Below, piece by piece: positions 1 to 10,179 of a stretch of 64,000 bases of DNA. Under the pieces are notes generated by a model. The model was not told the DNA's origin, made no database searches, and saw only the letters and a list, made by a program, of their open reading frames with translations. The translations under genes and the position numbers were made by a program. Source of the DNA: Bacteroidales bacterium (lineage in GTDB: Bacteria > Bacteroidota > Bacteroidia > Bacteroidales > FEN-979); the NCBI GenBank assembly GCA_035505995.1, contig DATJQF010000230.1, positions 194 to 64,193 on the forward strand, given 5' to 3'. Each line of letters opens with the position of its first letter. The stretch's first letter is position 1.

Positions 1-172
1 ACTCTCCCTTCCCGCAGCCGAGCTCAACCACGATCGGATGGGAATTCCGGAAAACTTCCGCATTCCATTTCCCCCGGAGATGGAACCCGTTCAGGAGCTC
101 ATGGTAGCGGGGCTGGAACAGGTGGGGAAAGGTGAGGTTCTCACCGAATCGGATCAGTTTTTTCTTAGGCAC
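1..172 (-). CDS. trmB: tRNA (guanine-N7)-methyltransferase, N-terminal fragment (runs off window)
   Basis: Minus-strand translation from GTG at 172 gives (M)PKKKLIRFGENLTFPHLFQPRYHELLNGFHLRGKWNAEVFRNSHPIVVELGCGKGE. This is a TrmB-like N-terminus with the ELGCGKGE SAM-binding motif. Not in the ORF track because it is partial. Confidence 0.55.
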   Translation of the reverse strand, partial: MPKKKLIRFGENLTFPHLFQPRYHELLNGFHLRGKWNAEVFRNSHPIVVELGCGKGE

Positions 173-181
173 GGGGGGGTC

Positions 182-1156
182 CTATTTTTGAAGAAGCCAG
201 GCGCCGGAAAATTCCCGGGAGCGCACGGCTGCCAGCTGCCTGAGGGCCTGGTCTTTTTCGGTAAAAGATTCCAGGCACACCCGGTACAGCCCGCCCCGGG
301 TCACATCCAGGATGAAGGCACCGAAACCTTCGCCCTGCAGCCGGCTTACCAGGTTATCCGCATTCTCCCTGATCCTGAAGGCTCCGACGATGACAGAGAA
401 CGGACGACTTTCTTCCGGTCGGCTGGTCTCTGAAAAGTTCAGGGTAAAGGGCGGCTGGTGAACAATATGCGGAAGGGGGGCAATATAAACCATCTTTTTC
501 TGATGGACCGGCGACGGGGCCATCGTGGAAGCCGTCCGGGAGAACAGCATGCCCGATTCATTCTGCATCACGCTCATGATGCGGTCGAAATTCATGACCC
601 CCAGGGTGGCGGCGATGCCGATGGGCAGGGCCAGGACGGCGGCCCATTTCAGCGCTTTGGGAAGGGTTCTCCGGGGAACCGCCGGTGATTCTATGTACCG
701 GGCGATCCTGCGCTCCATCCTTTTCTGGATCCCGGTCCTCCGGATGGCAGGGGATATAAGGGGCGAGAGGCCGAATGATTCCGGCAGGTAATTGATCTCG
801 CGGTCCTGTTCAAACTGAAGGTTCCCTTCCCGGTCCAGGTAAAACCGCCCCACCCAATCCAGGGTGACGGAATTCCCGTTTTGCAGGGATCTCTTCCACG
901 ATTCCGCCTGGGAAGTGATCATGCGAAGTGCCTCCAGGAAGGAGATGTGCTCGCCATTGGCAATATGATTGGCCAGCAGGCCATCATTCTGCTTCAGGTT
1001 GACGTTGAACAGGAGAGTCTTGGACGGGGGATGGAAGGCATGATGGACCGGGTTGATCTGTGCGGGAGCATAATTGCCGACAAATCCCCCGAAACCGGGG
1101 ATGATCACGCATTCATGATCGTAAAGAAGTTCGGAAATGTATTTCCCTGTATTCAT
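182..1156 (-). CDS. HU-CCDC81-like N-terminal domain / C-terminal SPOR domain protein
   Basis: 324-aa ORF. N-terminus is YISELLYDHECVIIPGFGGFVG. There is a central TM segment. C-terminus FSVIVGAFRIRENADNLVSRLQGEGFGAFIL is SPOR-like. Confidence 0.7.
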   Translation of the reverse strand: MNTGKYISELLYDHECVIIPGFGGFVGNYAPAQINPVHHAFHPPSKTLLFNVNLKQNDGLLANHIANGEHISFLEALRMITSQAESWKRSLQNGNSVTLDWVGRFYLDREGNLQFEQDREINYLPESFGLSPLISPAIRRTGIQKRMERRIARYIESPAVPRRTLPKALKWAAVLALPIGIAATLGVMNFDRIMSVMQNESGMLFSRTASTMAPSPVHQKKMVYIAPLPHIVHQPPFTLNFSETSRPEESRPFSVIVGAFRIRENADNLVSRLQGEGFGAFILDVTRGGLYRVCLESFTEKDQALRQLAAVRSREFSGAWLLQK

Positions 1157-1194
1157 AGCCTTGGTGAGGATCGCTAATTTAGTAAAATCCGCTC

Positions 1195-1941
1195 CTAAAA
1201 TCCGTCCGTGTTAGTAATTTTTAATAAATCGGCCGGCGTATCAATGGACAGGCTGTCCCGGTCGGTCAAAGCCACATGCACCCGGAAGCCGTTCTCGATC
1301 CATCGCAACTGTTCCAAAGATTCGGCCTTTTCCAGCGGCGACGGCTGTAATTTCACCAGCTGCTGAAGGATCCCGGCCCGGTACCCGTAAAGACCAATAT
1401 GCTTGTAATAGGCAGTCGAGCTCAGCCATTGCTCAGGCACTGCTTCCCGGCAATAGGGCAGCGCCTGCCGGCTGAAACAGATGGCCCGGTGCTGGATATC
1501 GAAGGTCGCTTTCACCGTATGGGGACTGAACAGCTCCTCCGGGCTGGCGATCCGCTTGACCAGCGTTCCGATCTCCACCTCCTTGTTCCGGAACAGGCCG
1601 GCAACCTGGGAAACCTGGTCGGGATGAATGAAAGGCTCATCCCCCTGGATGTTGATCACGATATCGCCGGGCCTGGCTTTTATTAACCGGGCGGCTTCCC
1701 CGCAACGCTCGGTGCCGCTGGCGTGGTCCGGAGAGGTCAGGATCACTTTCCCTCCGAATGAAGCAACCTCCTGCCCGATTCGCTCATCGTCGGTAGCTAC
1801 CGCCAGCTCATCCAGATCCCGGCAGGCAAGGCATCGCTCGTACACCCTGCGGATCATGGTCCGGTCCCCGATCCTCGCCAGGGGTTTCCCCGGGAAGCGG
1901 GTCGAGGCATAACGGGCCGGTATGATGCCAAAGATCTTCAT
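1195..1941 (-). CDS. kdsB: 3-deoxy-manno-octulosonate cytidylyltransferase (CMP-KDO synthetase)
   Basis: MKIFGIIPARYASTRFPGKPL... and IVINIQGDEPFI motifs. Start trimmed to the conserved MKIFGIIPAR (the track ORF starts 13 codons upstream). Confidence 0.85.
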   Translation of the reverse strand: MKIFGIIPARYASTRFPGKPLARIGDRTMIRRVYERCLACRDLDELAVATDDERIGQEVASFGGKVILTSPDHASGTERCGEAARLIKARPGDIVINIQGDEPFIHPDQVSQVAGLFRNKEVEIGTLVKRIASPEELFSPHTVKATFDIQHRAICFSRQALPYCREAVPEQWLSSTAYYKHIGLYGYRAGILQQLVKLQPSPLEKAESLEQLRWIENGFRVHVALTDRDSLSIDTPADLLKITNTDGF

Positions 1942-1954
1942 GGAAAGAAAGAGA

Positions 1955-2569
1955 TCAGAAAAGACCGTGAAGGTCTGCATTGACCCGCTCGATCACGCTG
2001 CCCAGGTGCTCCGGGTTTTCGGCAATATTCAGGTTATCTACTTCCACGATCATCAGCTTTCCCAGGTTGTAGCCGCCGATCCATTCCTCGTACCGCTCAT
2101 TCAGTCCTTTCAGGTAATCGAGACGGATGGCGCTTTCATATTCCCTGCCGCGCTTCTGGATCTGGTTAACGAGTGTCGGCACGCTGGCCCGCAGGTAGAT
2201 GAGCAGGTCGGGCGCCTGGATGAAGGAACTCATCAGGTCGAACAGGGCCCGGTAATTATCGTAATCGCGGGTAGTCATCAGGTTCATCGAATGGAGATTC
2301 GGCGCAAAGATGTAAGCATCCTCATATATAGTGCGGTCCTGCACCACCGCTTTCCCCGATTTCCGGATCTCGAGCACCCTGCGGAACCGGCTGTTCAGGA
2401 AATAGATCTGCAGGTTGAACGACCACCGCTGCATATCTTCGTAAAAACTGTTCAGGTAAGGATTGGTTTCCACCTCCTCGTAGTGCGGCTCCCACCCGAA
2501 GTGCTTCGCCAGCAGTCCGGCCAGCGTCGTCTTACCGGAGCCTATGTTCCCTGCGATTGCAACATGCAT
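1955..2569 (-). CDS. deoxynucleoside kinase (dAK/dGK/dCK family)
   Basis: 204 aa with P-loop IAGNIGSGKTTL and the typical NPYLxxFYxDMxRWxFxLQxYFL motif. Confidence 0.8.
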   Translation of the reverse strand: MHVAIAGNIGSGKTTLAGLLAKHFGWEPHYEEVETNPYLNSFYEDMQRWSFNLQIYFLNSRFRRVLEIRKSGKAVVQDRTIYEDAYIFAPNLHSMNLMTTRDYDNYRALFDLMSSFIQAPDLLIYLRASVPTLVNQIQKRGREYESAIRLDYLKGLNERYEEWIGGYNLGKLMIVEVDNLNIAENPEHLGSVIERVNADLHGLF

Positions 2570-2590
2570 ATTCCTTCATGGTTGAATAAT

Positions 2591-2598
2591 CAAACTTA
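2591..2598 (-). promoter_or_regulatory. -7 box TAAGTTTG (minus strand), deoxynucleoside kinase-kdsB
   Basis: Plus-strand CAAACTTA; 21 nt upstream of ATG 2569. Confidence 0.45.
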
Positions 2599-2609
2599 CA
2601 TAAAAAACT

Positions 2610-4193
2610 CTATCCTCTCTCCTCCTTCTGCTCCAAACATAATATTTCCTCCACGATCTTCCGGTCGTTGGATAACCGGGGGACCTTGTACTGTGCTCCG
2701 AGCTTCCCTTTCGATTTAAGCCATTTGTAAAAAGTTTCCGTCGGCATGCTCCGGATCAGCGGCTCGCGGAGGATCAAATCGTGGTACCGCTTGGCTTCGT
2801 AATCGGAATTGACCGATTTCAGGGCCTGGTCCAGGAGCAGGGTGAACTGCGCCAGGTCCTGCGGCGGGGTGACGAACTCGATCAGCCATTCATGGGTGCC
2901 CTTTCGTTCCCCCTCCAGGTAAACCGGGGCCACGGTGTATTCCGAGACCACCGATTTCGTTTGTCCGCACGCGATCGCCAGCGCTTTTTCCGCATTATCG
3001 ATGATCAGTTCTTCCCCGAAGGCATTGATAAAATTCTTGGTCCGCCCGGTGATCTTGATCCGGTAAGGGTTTAGGGAAGTGAACTGGATCGTATCGCCGA
3101 TCATATACCGCCAGAGTCCCGCGTTGGTGGAGATGACGATCGCATAATTCTGGTTGAGCTCCACTTCATGCAGGAGCTTCGTCTTCGGATCCGCCGCTCC
3201 TACCTGGTCGAGCGGAAGGAACTCATAAAAGATCCCGTAATCGAGCATCAGCAGCATTTCTTCCTTCCCGTCCTGGTCCTGGATGCTGAAGAATCCCTCG
3301 GAAGCATTATAGGTTTCGAGGTAATGCACCTCCGGGGAAGGAAGGATCGCATGGAATTGCCTGCGGTAGGGATGAAAGCTCACCCCTCCGTGCATGAACA
3401 GTTCAAATTCCGGCCACACTTCCATGATATTGCTCTTGCCGGTGATCTCCAGGACTTTCTTGAACAAAAGCAGGGTCCAGGAAGGAACCCCGGATGCGCT
3501 GGTCACCCGGTGCCGGCTGGTCACCTCCGCCATCCTGCCGATCTTGCTTTCCCATTCCGACATCAGTGCTACCGACAGCCCGGGGGTTCTCCGCAATTCC
3601 ACCCATAAAGGCACATGGCGGATGATGATGGCGGAAAGGTCTCCCTCGTAAACGAAGGAGGCGGGACCGGTTTTCCGGACGATATAGCTGCCTCCCATGG
3701 AGATCCCCCTGCCGTCGAACAGGCGGCTGTCCGGGCGATTATGACAGTATATGGCAAGCAGGTCCCTGCCGCCTCTGTAATGGCAATCATTCAATGCTTC
3801 AACTGTGACCGGGATATACTTGCTCCGGTCGCCGGTAGTACCCGAGGATTTGGCAAACCATTTCACGGTCCCGGGCCACAGGATATTCCGTTCCCCTTTT
3901 CTCAGCCGGTCCACGAACGGCATGATGGATTCGTAATCGTTGATGGGCACCCGTTCCCGGAACGTGTCGGGACGATCGATGGAATTATATTCGAACCTTT
4001 TCCCCCACTCGGTATAGCGAGCCGTATGGATCAGCCGCCGGAACCAATCCAGCTGTACCTCATGGGGATACCGGAGGAACATTCCGATCTCCCTCATCCG
4101 CTGTTTCACCATCCAGGTGAGGAACGAGTTGACGACTGCCATAAATTCGAAGGATAATCCCTGAAATCTTTCGTAAAAATAATAATCTTCCAT
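2610..4193 (-). CDS. GH3 auxin-responsive-promoter family adenylating enzyme
   Basis: 527 aa with FAKSSGTTGDRSKYIPVT and the C-terminal QYKVPRL motif, typical of bacterial GH3 family proteins. Confidence 0.8.
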   Translation of the reverse strand: MEDYYFYERFQGLSFEFMAVVNSFLTWMVKQRMREIGMFLRYPHEVQLDWFRRLIHTARYTEWGKRFEYNSIDRPDTFRERVPINDYESIMPFVDRLRKGERNILWPGTVKWFAKSSGTTGDRSKYIPVTVEALNDCHYRGGRDLLAIYCHNRPDSRLFDGRGISMGGSYIVRKTGPASFVYEGDLSAIIIRHVPLWVELRRTPGLSVALMSEWESKIGRMAEVTSRHRVTSASGVPSWTLLLFKKVLEITGKSNIMEVWPEFELFMHGGVSFHPYRRQFHAILPSPEVHYLETYNASEGFFSIQDQDGKEEMLLMLDYGIFYEFLPLDQVGAADPKTKLLHEVELNQNYAIVISTNAGLWRYMIGDTIQFTSLNPYRIKITGRTKNFINAFGEELIIDNAEKALAIACGQTKSVVSEYTVAPVYLEGERKGTHEWLIEFVTPPQDLAQFTLLLDQALKSVNSDYEAKRYHDLILREPLIRSMPTETFYKWLKSKGKLGAQYKVPRLSNDRKIVEEILCLEQKEERG

Positions 4194-4200
4194 AAATTTG
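4193..4200 (+). promoter_or_regulatory. Bacteroidota -7 box TAnnTTTG (TAAATTTG), ackA
   Basis: Exact motif 55 nt upstream of ATG 4256. Confidence 0.45.
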
Positions 4201-4255
4201 CCTTGATTTTACAGCGATTCTAAACATCTCCGTTTCATCCTATCCTCATCGTTTT

Positions 4256-5464
4256 ATGAAAATTCTTGTTTTGAACTGCGGCAGCTCCTCGATCAAATAC
4301 CAGCTGATCAACATGAACCAGGAACCTGAATTACTGGCTAAAGGGCTGCTGGACCGCATCGGACTGGAAGGAAGCTTATTGACCCACCAGGTGACCGGAA
4401 GGGAAAAATTCAAGATCTCGCGCGACGTGCCGGATCACCAGTTCGGGATCAACCTGATCCTGAAAACCCTGAAAAATCCGGAGTGCGGGGTGATCGAAAG
4501 CGAAACGGAGATCGCTGCCGTGGGGCATCGGGTCGCACACGGCGGGGAGAATTTCAAAGGCAGCATCCTGATCGATGCTTACGTAAAAAAAGAGATTGAA
4601 CGGCTGATCGAGCTGGCCCCGCTGCATAACCCGGCCAACCTGAAAGGGATCATGTCGATCGAATCTATCCTCCCCAAAGTCCCGCAGGTAGCGGTATTCG
4701 ATACCTCGTTTCACCAGACCATGCCGCCGCATTCCTACCTTTATGCCCTGCCGTATGATCTGTACGAAAAATACAAGATCCGCCGGTACGGTTTCCACGG
4801 GACTTCCCACAAGTTTGTCGCGCAAAAGGCCTGCCGTTTCCTGGGGAAAGAAATGAACGATCTCAACATCATCACGTGTCACCTGGGAAACGGATCTTCC
4901 ATAGCGGCGATCCGGAAGGGAAAATCGATGGACACCTCCATGGGGTTCACCCCGGTGGAGGGATTGATGATGGGTACGCGCAGCGGCGATGTGGATGTGG
5001 GCGTGCTGCTTTTCCTTTCAGAGAAAGAGAACCTGAGCAACAAGGAAACCAACAACCTGTTCAACCGGAAAAGCGGGGTGCTGGGGATCTCCGGGATTTC
5101 CTACGATATGCGCGACGTGGAGGAAGCGGCCGGAAAAGGGCACGAGCGGGCCGAGCTCGCCCTCGATATGTATGCTTACCGCGTGAAGAAATACATCGGG
5201 GCCTATACCGCCGCCATGGGGGGAGTGGATCTGATCGTTTTCACCGGGGGCATCGGGGAGAATGATTTTGATACCCGCCGCCGTTCCATGGAAGGGATGG
5301 AGTTCATGGGCATCGATTTTGATTTCGACCGCAATAAAGGACTGCGATCCCAGGAAGTGGTGCTGACGCGTCCGGGATCAAAGGTGACGGTGATGGTCAT
5401 GCCCACCAATGAGGAACTCGTCATCGCCATGGATACCCACCACATCGTGACGGGTCAGAAATAA
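4256..5464 (+). CDS. ackA: acetate kinase
   Basis: 402 aa with MKILVLNCGSSSIKYQL, AVGHRVAHGG and FHGTSH motifs. Confidence 0.95.
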   Translation: MKILVLNCGSSSIKYQLINMNQEPELLAKGLLDRIGLEGSLLTHQVTGREKFKISRDVPDHQFGINLILKTLKNPECGVIESETEIAAVGHRVAHGGENFKGSILIDAYVKKEIERLIELAPLHNPANLKGIMSIESILPKVPQVAVFDTSFHQTMPPHSYLYALPYDLYEKYKIRRYGFHGTSHKFVAQKACRFLGKEMNDLNIITCHLGNGSSIAAIRKGKSMDTSMGFTPVEGLMMGTRSGDVDVGVLLFLSEKENLSNKETNNLFNRKSGVLGISGISYDMRDVEEAAGKGHERAELALDMYAYRVKKYIGAYTAAMGGVDLIVFTGGIGENDFDTRRRSMEGMEFMGIDFDFDRNKGLRSQEVVLTRPGSKVTVMVMPTNEELVIAMDTHHIVTGQK

Positions 5465-5478
5465 GCAAGGGGGAAAAT

Positions 5479-6222
5479 TCAATCCAGCTTTTCTATCAGC
5501 TCTTCGGTGAGCGTGAGGTTGTGGTAAACATTCTGCACATCCTCGTCTTCCTCGATCAGTTCGATCAGCTTTAAAACTTTTTTGGCAGCATCCACGTCGA
5601 GGGTTTCGGTGTTCTTCGGGATCCGCTGGAGGGAGGCGCTTTCGGGCTCGATTTTCAGCTGCTCCAGCTTTTTCATCATGTTCCCGAAATCCTCCATGGC
5701 CGTGGTGATGGTGAACACGTCGTCATCCAGCACGATATCTTCGGCGCCGGCATCGATGACCTCCATCTCGAACTCATCCTGGTTCAGGTTCCCTTTCGGG
5801 ACTACGAAGACCCCTTTCCGGTCGAACAGGTAATTCAGCGATCCGTTCTTGCCGAGCTCTCCGCCATGCTTGCTGAAGTAGGCGCGGATGTTGCTGACGG
5901 TGCGCTGGATGTTATCGGTGGTGGCTTCCACAAAGATGGCGATCCCCTGGGGTCCTTTTCCTTCATAAGTGGTTTCCGTGAGCGAAGCGGCATCCTTTTC
6001 AGAACCTTTGTTAATGGCCCGCTGGAGTGTCTCCTTCGGCATACTGGCGCCTTTTGCATTGGCGATGGCGAGCCTCAGGCGGGGATTGTGTTCCGGGTCG
6101 GGACCGCTTTCCTTCACTGCAATCGTGATGTCCTTGATGATCTTGGAAAAGATCTTTGACCTCTTGGCATCCAGTGCCCCTTTCTTCCGTTTAATGGTCG
6201 ACCATTTATTGTGTCCTGACAT
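5479..6222 (-). CDS. YebC/PmpR family DNA-binding transcriptional regulator
   Basis: 247 aa starting MSGHNKWSTIKRKKGALDAKRSKIFSK, the canonical YebC N-terminus. Confidence 0.9.
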   Translation of the reverse strand: MSGHNKWSTIKRKKGALDAKRSKIFSKIIKDITIAVKESGPDPEHNPRLRLAIANAKGASMPKETLQRAINKGSEKDAASLTETTYEGKGPQGIAIFVEATTDNIQRTVSNIRAYFSKHGGELGKNGSLNYLFDRKGVFVVPKGNLNQDEFEMEVIDAGAEDIVLDDDVFTITTAMEDFGNMMKKLEQLKIEPESASLQRIPKNTETLDVDAAKKVLKLIELIEEDEDVQNVYHNLTLTEELIEKLD

Positions 6223-6323
6223 AAAATCTACCGGATCGGCTCCTTTTATTAATGTAACTGATTGACAATGTATTTCCCCGTAAAATTAAAAAAAAATTGA
6301 TTTCGTTATACAAAAACGATTGG

Positions 6324-6331
6324 TAAATTTG
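6324..6331 (+). promoter_or_regulatory. -7 box TAAATTTG, Ig-like lipoprotein gene
   Basis: Exact motif 32 nt upstream of ATG 6364. Confidence 0.5.
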
Positions 6332-6363
6332 GCAATCCAAAGCCATCCGCAACTTCCGTGAAC

Positions 6364-8109
6364 ATGCTGCGAAAAATCCCGGGACTCCTTTCTTTCCTTC
6401 TTCCGGCCGTGTTGATCCTGAGCCGGTGCGCCAACCCGGTGACCCCCCAGGGAGGGCCCAAGGACGTTTCGCCGCCCAAAGTCGTAAAAGCCACTCCCCC
6501 GAATCATTCCATACATTTCAACAGCCACGATATCGAGCTCCGTTTCGGGGAATTCATCCAGTTGAAGGAGCCCCAGAACAAGATCACGGTGTCCCCGCCT
6601 TACCTGTCGGATATCGATTACCGGCTCCAGGGAAAGACCCTCCTCATCAAGCTGCGTGATTCACTCCGGCAGAACATGACCTACTCCATCTATTTTGGAG
6701 ATGCTATTTCCGATATCACGGAAAGCAATATCCTGAAGAACTTTTCCTATGTCTTCTCCACCGGTTCCTATATCGATTCCTTAAGCCTGGAGGGCGATCT
6801 GGTGGATGCTTTCACCCTGCAAACGGAACCCGACGTGTGGGCCACGCTCTACGCCAATGAAAACGATACGCTGCCGCTCGATTCCCTGCCGATGCACGTT
6901 CCGCCTTTATACCGCACCCGCTCCGATGACCACGGGCATTTCGTGCTGCATAACCTTAAGGAAGGAAAATTTCTCCTCTTTGCCGTAAAGGACCTGAATG
7001 GCAACACGTATTTCGATCAGCCGACCGAGGCCATCGCCTTTTGCGATTCCCTGGTGAACCCGGTTTACATCCCACCCTCCGCGGAGGATACGTTGAAGCA
7101 TGACACGGTGGCCCGGAAAGACAGCCTGATCCGGCAGGACAGCCTTCCGGCCCTCATACCCTCCTTCCCCGTTTACAAGCTCCGGATGTTCCTCCAGGAA
7201 GATTCGATCCAGCGAATCCTCAGGAAAACCCTGGTCAGCGACCGGCAGGTCATGCTGGTTTTCAAATATCCGCTGGTTAATCCACAGTTCGAGGCCCTGC
7301 ATTTTATCCCCGGGGAAAGCTGGATGAAACCTGAGTTCAGCAAAAGGATGGATACGGCCACGCTCTGGCTGACCTCTTACCCGTATGATTCCCTGATCCT
7401 GAAGATCAGCGACAAAGGGAAAGCATTTGATACGGCGTCGTTTGATCTTACCCTGAAACGGGAAAAGAAAAAAGTCTCCAGATCCGGGACGGAAAATCAA
7501 CCGCATCTTGTAGTGACCATCAACCCGCCAGACGGCAGACTGAACCCTTTCCGGAGCAACCCGGTCCTGGTCTCTTCCATGCCCTTGGAAAAATACGATC
7601 TGACCTGTGCAAAGCTCGTTGCCGACAAGGACACGGTCCCGGTTCCCCTGGTATTAGCCGACTCCATCAAAAGGAAAATGATGGTCCCCTACAAGTGGAA
7701 AGAGGGAAAGTCGTATGTACTGATCGTTCCGGACTCCGCCTTTACCGCCATAAACGGACGGTCGAACGATTCTCTCCGGTTCAGCTTTAAAACCTACGAG
7801 GCAAGGGATTTCGGCACCATCCTGATCCGGCTTAAAGGGACCCTCCGCAAAGGAGACCTGCTCCTGCAGCTCCTCGGGAATAATGATGCGGTGGTGATAC
7901 AGAAAACCGTGACCGCTCCCGGGGATGTTTTGTTCGATTACCTGCTGCCGGCCACGTACCGGCTCCGCCTCATCTTCGATGAGAACAGCAATGGCAGATG
8001 GGATAGCGGGAATTTTCCCCGGAAGCTCCAACCGGAGGAAGTGCAATACTTCCCGAAGTCAATCGAGGTCAGGGGAAATTGGGATATAGATGAAACCTGG
8101 GAGTTCTGA
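6364..8109 (+). CDS. Ig-like (SbsA/Big_5-type) domain lipoprotein, function unknown
   Basis: Signal peptide with Cys (LILSRC), then the DVSPPKVVKATPPN segment typical of the Ig-like fold N-terminus. ATG 6364 preferred over the track's GTG 6358. Confidence 0.6.
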   Translation: MLRKIPGLLSFLLPAVLILSRCANPVTPQGGPKDVSPPKVVKATPPNHSIHFNSHDIELRFGEFIQLKEPQNKITVSPPYLSDIDYRLQGKTLLIKLRDSLRQNMTYSIYFGDAISDITESNILKNFSYVFSTGSYIDSLSLEGDLVDAFTLQTEPDVWATLYANENDTLPLDSLPMHVPPLYRTRSDDHGHFVLHNLKEGKFLLFAVKDLNGNTYFDQPTEAIAFCDSLVNPVYIPPSAEDTLKHDTVARKDSLIRQDSLPALIPSFPVYKLRMFLQEDSIQRILRKTLVSDRQVMLVFKYPLVNPQFEALHFIPGESWMKPEFSKRMDTATLWLTSYPYDSLILKISDKGKAFDTASFDLTLKREKKKVSRSGTENQPHLVVTINPPDGRLNPFRSNPVLVSSMPLEKYDLTCAKLVADKDTVPVPLVLADSIKRKMMVPYKWKEGKSYVLIVPDSAFTAINGRSNDSLRFSFKTYEARDFGTILIRLKGTLRKGDLLLQLLGNNDAVVIQKTVTAPGDVLFDYLLPATYRLRLIFDENSNGRWDSGNFPRKLQPEEVQYFPKSIEVRGNWDIDETWEF

Positions 8110-8409
8110 TCAGGCCATGCTGCAGCGGTTGATGCAGTCCACCACTTCAACCAGATGGTCATATTTCAGGGAATAAAGGATCATCTTCCCATCACGTTTG
8201 GATTCCAGCAATCCTTTGTTCTTCAGAATATTCAGATGATGGGAGGCAGAGGCCTGCTCGATATCCAGACGCTCATAGATTTCAGTGACGGTAAGCCTTT
8301 TGTTGCGGGTTAACAGGTCGATGATGGCGATCCGCATCGGGTGGGCGATAGCTCTTAAGCGGCTGGCTGCCATTTCCAATTTTTCAATGTCCAGTTTAAC
8401 GGTTTTCAT
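8110..8409 (-). CDS. ArsR/SmtB family transcriptional regulator
   Basis: LRAIAHPMRIAIIDLL...LTVTEIYERLDIEQASASHHLNILKNKGLL is a winged HTH. Start trimmed to MKTVKLD, 33 nt downstream of a -7 box. Confidence 0.8.
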   Translation of the reverse strand: MKTVKLDIEKLEMAASRLRAIAHPMRIAIIDLLTRNKRLTVTEIYERLDIEQASASHHLNILKNKGLLESKRDGKMILYSLKYDHLVEVVDCINRCSMA

Positions 8410-8442
8410 AAAATATAATCTAATTATTGAAATAGGTGTCTG

Positions 8443-8450
8443 CAAATATA
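8443..8450 (-). promoter_or_regulatory. -7 box TATATTTG (minus strand), arsR-family gene
   Basis: Plus-strand CAAATATA; 33 nt upstream of ATG 8409. Confidence 0.5.
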
Positions 8451-8487
8451 GAAAAAAATATTATAGTCAAGTAAATATATAAATATT

Positions 8488-10137
8488 TTAGCTTCCTTTT
8501 GCGAAAATCCCGGTTAATTTGAAGTTTTTTCCGTCGAACAACCCCCGGTCGCTCATTTTCAGTTCCGGGATGACGAGCAACGCCATAAAGGAAAGGGTCA
8601 TGAACGGGGCCCGCAGCGGGCTGCCCAGTTCCCGGGCTTTCCGGTCCAGGGAATCATAGGCTTCCGCCACTTTCAGGCCGTTTTCTCCCGACATGATCCC
8701 GGCAAAAGGCAACGGCAGGATCAGGTCCTCCCGGTCGCCGACCACCGAGATGCCTCCCCGCGTAGCGATGATAAGGTTGATCGCCCGGATCAGCGATACA
8801 TCCTCCGCCCCCACGGCGATGATATTATGGCTGTCGTGTGCAACCGAAGAGGCAATCGCTCCCTTTTTCAGTCCAAAGCCATGGATGAATCCCACGGCAG
8901 GCGGTGCATCCGTGTAACGATCCTTCACCACGATCTTCAGGATATCCTGCTCCGGTGATCCGCTGAGCTGTCCCTGCACTGAGGGCAGGACCGCCTCCGA
9001 TTCCCCGGTGACCAGCTGTCCGTCGAATGCACGGATCACCCTAACTGGTTTGCCTTTATCGGGAATGGCTATTTGCTCCGCAGTTACCGGGGAGGCATGA
9101 AAGATGTTTTTCGGCTCCTCCTTCACCTCTTCCAGCAAGGATTTTCCATTTTCAGCGACCTTAATTCCATTTATAAATACCGATTGAATATTGAACCCGG
9201 CCAGGTCATCCACCTGTATGAGATCGGCCGGATCCCCGGGTTGGAGCAGTCCTGCGCCCAGGGAATAATGTCGGACCGGATTCAGGGTGCAGGCACGGAG
9301 GACGTTCATGGTATCAAGTCCTCTGCCGATCGCCCGTTTCACGAGTTCGTTGATATGTCCGGTCCGGAGATCGTTCGGGTGCTTGTCGTCGGAACAAAGC
9401 ATGACGCTGTCCGGATATTCATCGATCAGGTCTGCCAGCGCCTCGAAATTCCTGGCGGCGCTCCCTTCCCGGATGAGGATCTTCATCCCGGCCCGGATCT
9501 TATCCAGGGCTTCCTCCCGGGTGAAGCATTCGTGGTCGGTGGTGATCCCCGCGGCGGCATACCGGGCGGCATCCTCTCCCCTCAATCCGGGTGCGTGCCC
9601 GTCGACCGGCTTTCCATATTTTCTCGCCAGGGCCAGCTTTCTCAACACGATCTCATCCTGGAAAAGCACCCCGGGAAAATTCATCATCTCCGACAAATAA
9701 TGGACCTCCTCCAGGCGCAGCAATTCCTCGACTTCTTCCGGTCCGATCACCGCGCCGGCTGTTTCGAAAGGAGTGGCCGGGACACATGACGGGGCCCCGA
9801 AATAGAACCGGAAAGGCACCTTTTTCCCGTTGGCGATCATGAACCGGACCCCATCGATCCCAAGGACATTCGCGATCTCATGCGGATCCGAAACGGTCGC
9901 CACCGTACCGTGCACCACCGCCATCCGGGCAAACCCGGAAGGGATCAGCATGGAGCTTTCGATGTGAATGTGCGCATCGATCAGGCCGGGAAGGATATAG
10001 CCGCTTTCCCGGGTCTCCTCTTCCCGGATCCCTGCGATCTTCCCCTGCTCAACCCGTACGGTCCCCCGGAAGATCCTCTTCCCGACCACATCCACGATAT
10101 GCCCGGATAGTTCGAAGGGGGCTGGATTATTGGTCAT
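8488..10137 (-). CDS. ade: adenine deaminase
   Basis: 549 aa with the PGLIDAHIHIESSM metal-binding motif and Ade-type architecture. The start ATG is the last unit of a heptamer array. Confidence 0.9.
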   Translation of the reverse strand: MTNNPAPFELSGHIVDVVGKRIFRGTVRVEQGKIAGIREEETRESGYILPGLIDAHIHIESSMLIPSGFARMAVVHGTVATVSDPHEIANVLGIDGVRFMIANGKKVPFRFYFGAPSCVPATPFETAGAVIGPEEVEELLRLEEVHYLSEMMNFPGVLFQDEIVLRKLALARKYGKPVDGHAPGLRGEDAARYAAAGITTDHECFTREEALDKIRAGMKILIREGSAARNFEALADLIDEYPDSVMLCSDDKHPNDLRTGHINELVKRAIGRGLDTMNVLRACTLNPVRHYSLGAGLLQPGDPADLIQVDDLAGFNIQSVFINGIKVAENGKSLLEEVKEEPKNIFHASPVTAEQIAIPDKGKPVRVIRAFDGQLVTGESEAVLPSVQGQLSGSPEQDILKIVVKDRYTDAPPAVGFIHGFGLKKGAIASSVAHDSHNIIAVGAEDVSLIRAINLIIATRGGISVVGDREDLILPLPFAGIMSGENGLKVAEAYDSLDRKARELGSPLRAPFMTLSFMALLVIPELKMSDRGLFDGKNFKLTGIFAKGS

Positions 10138-10179
10138 GGGTCATTGGTCATTAGTCATTGGTCATTGGTCATTGGTCAT
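10131..10179. repeat. heptanucleotide tandem array (TGGTCAT)x7; minus strand (ATGACCA)x7
   Basis: Units at 10131, 10138 (GGGTCAT), 10145, 10152 (TAGTCAT), 10159, 10166 and 10173. Contains the rlmN stop codon and the ade start codon. Confidence 0.95.

Noticed and set aside
38-433. A 131-aa plus-strand ORF at the window start.
   Set aside because: It overlaps the trmB 5' fragment and the SPOR-domain gene on the opposite strand and has no recognisable motifs.
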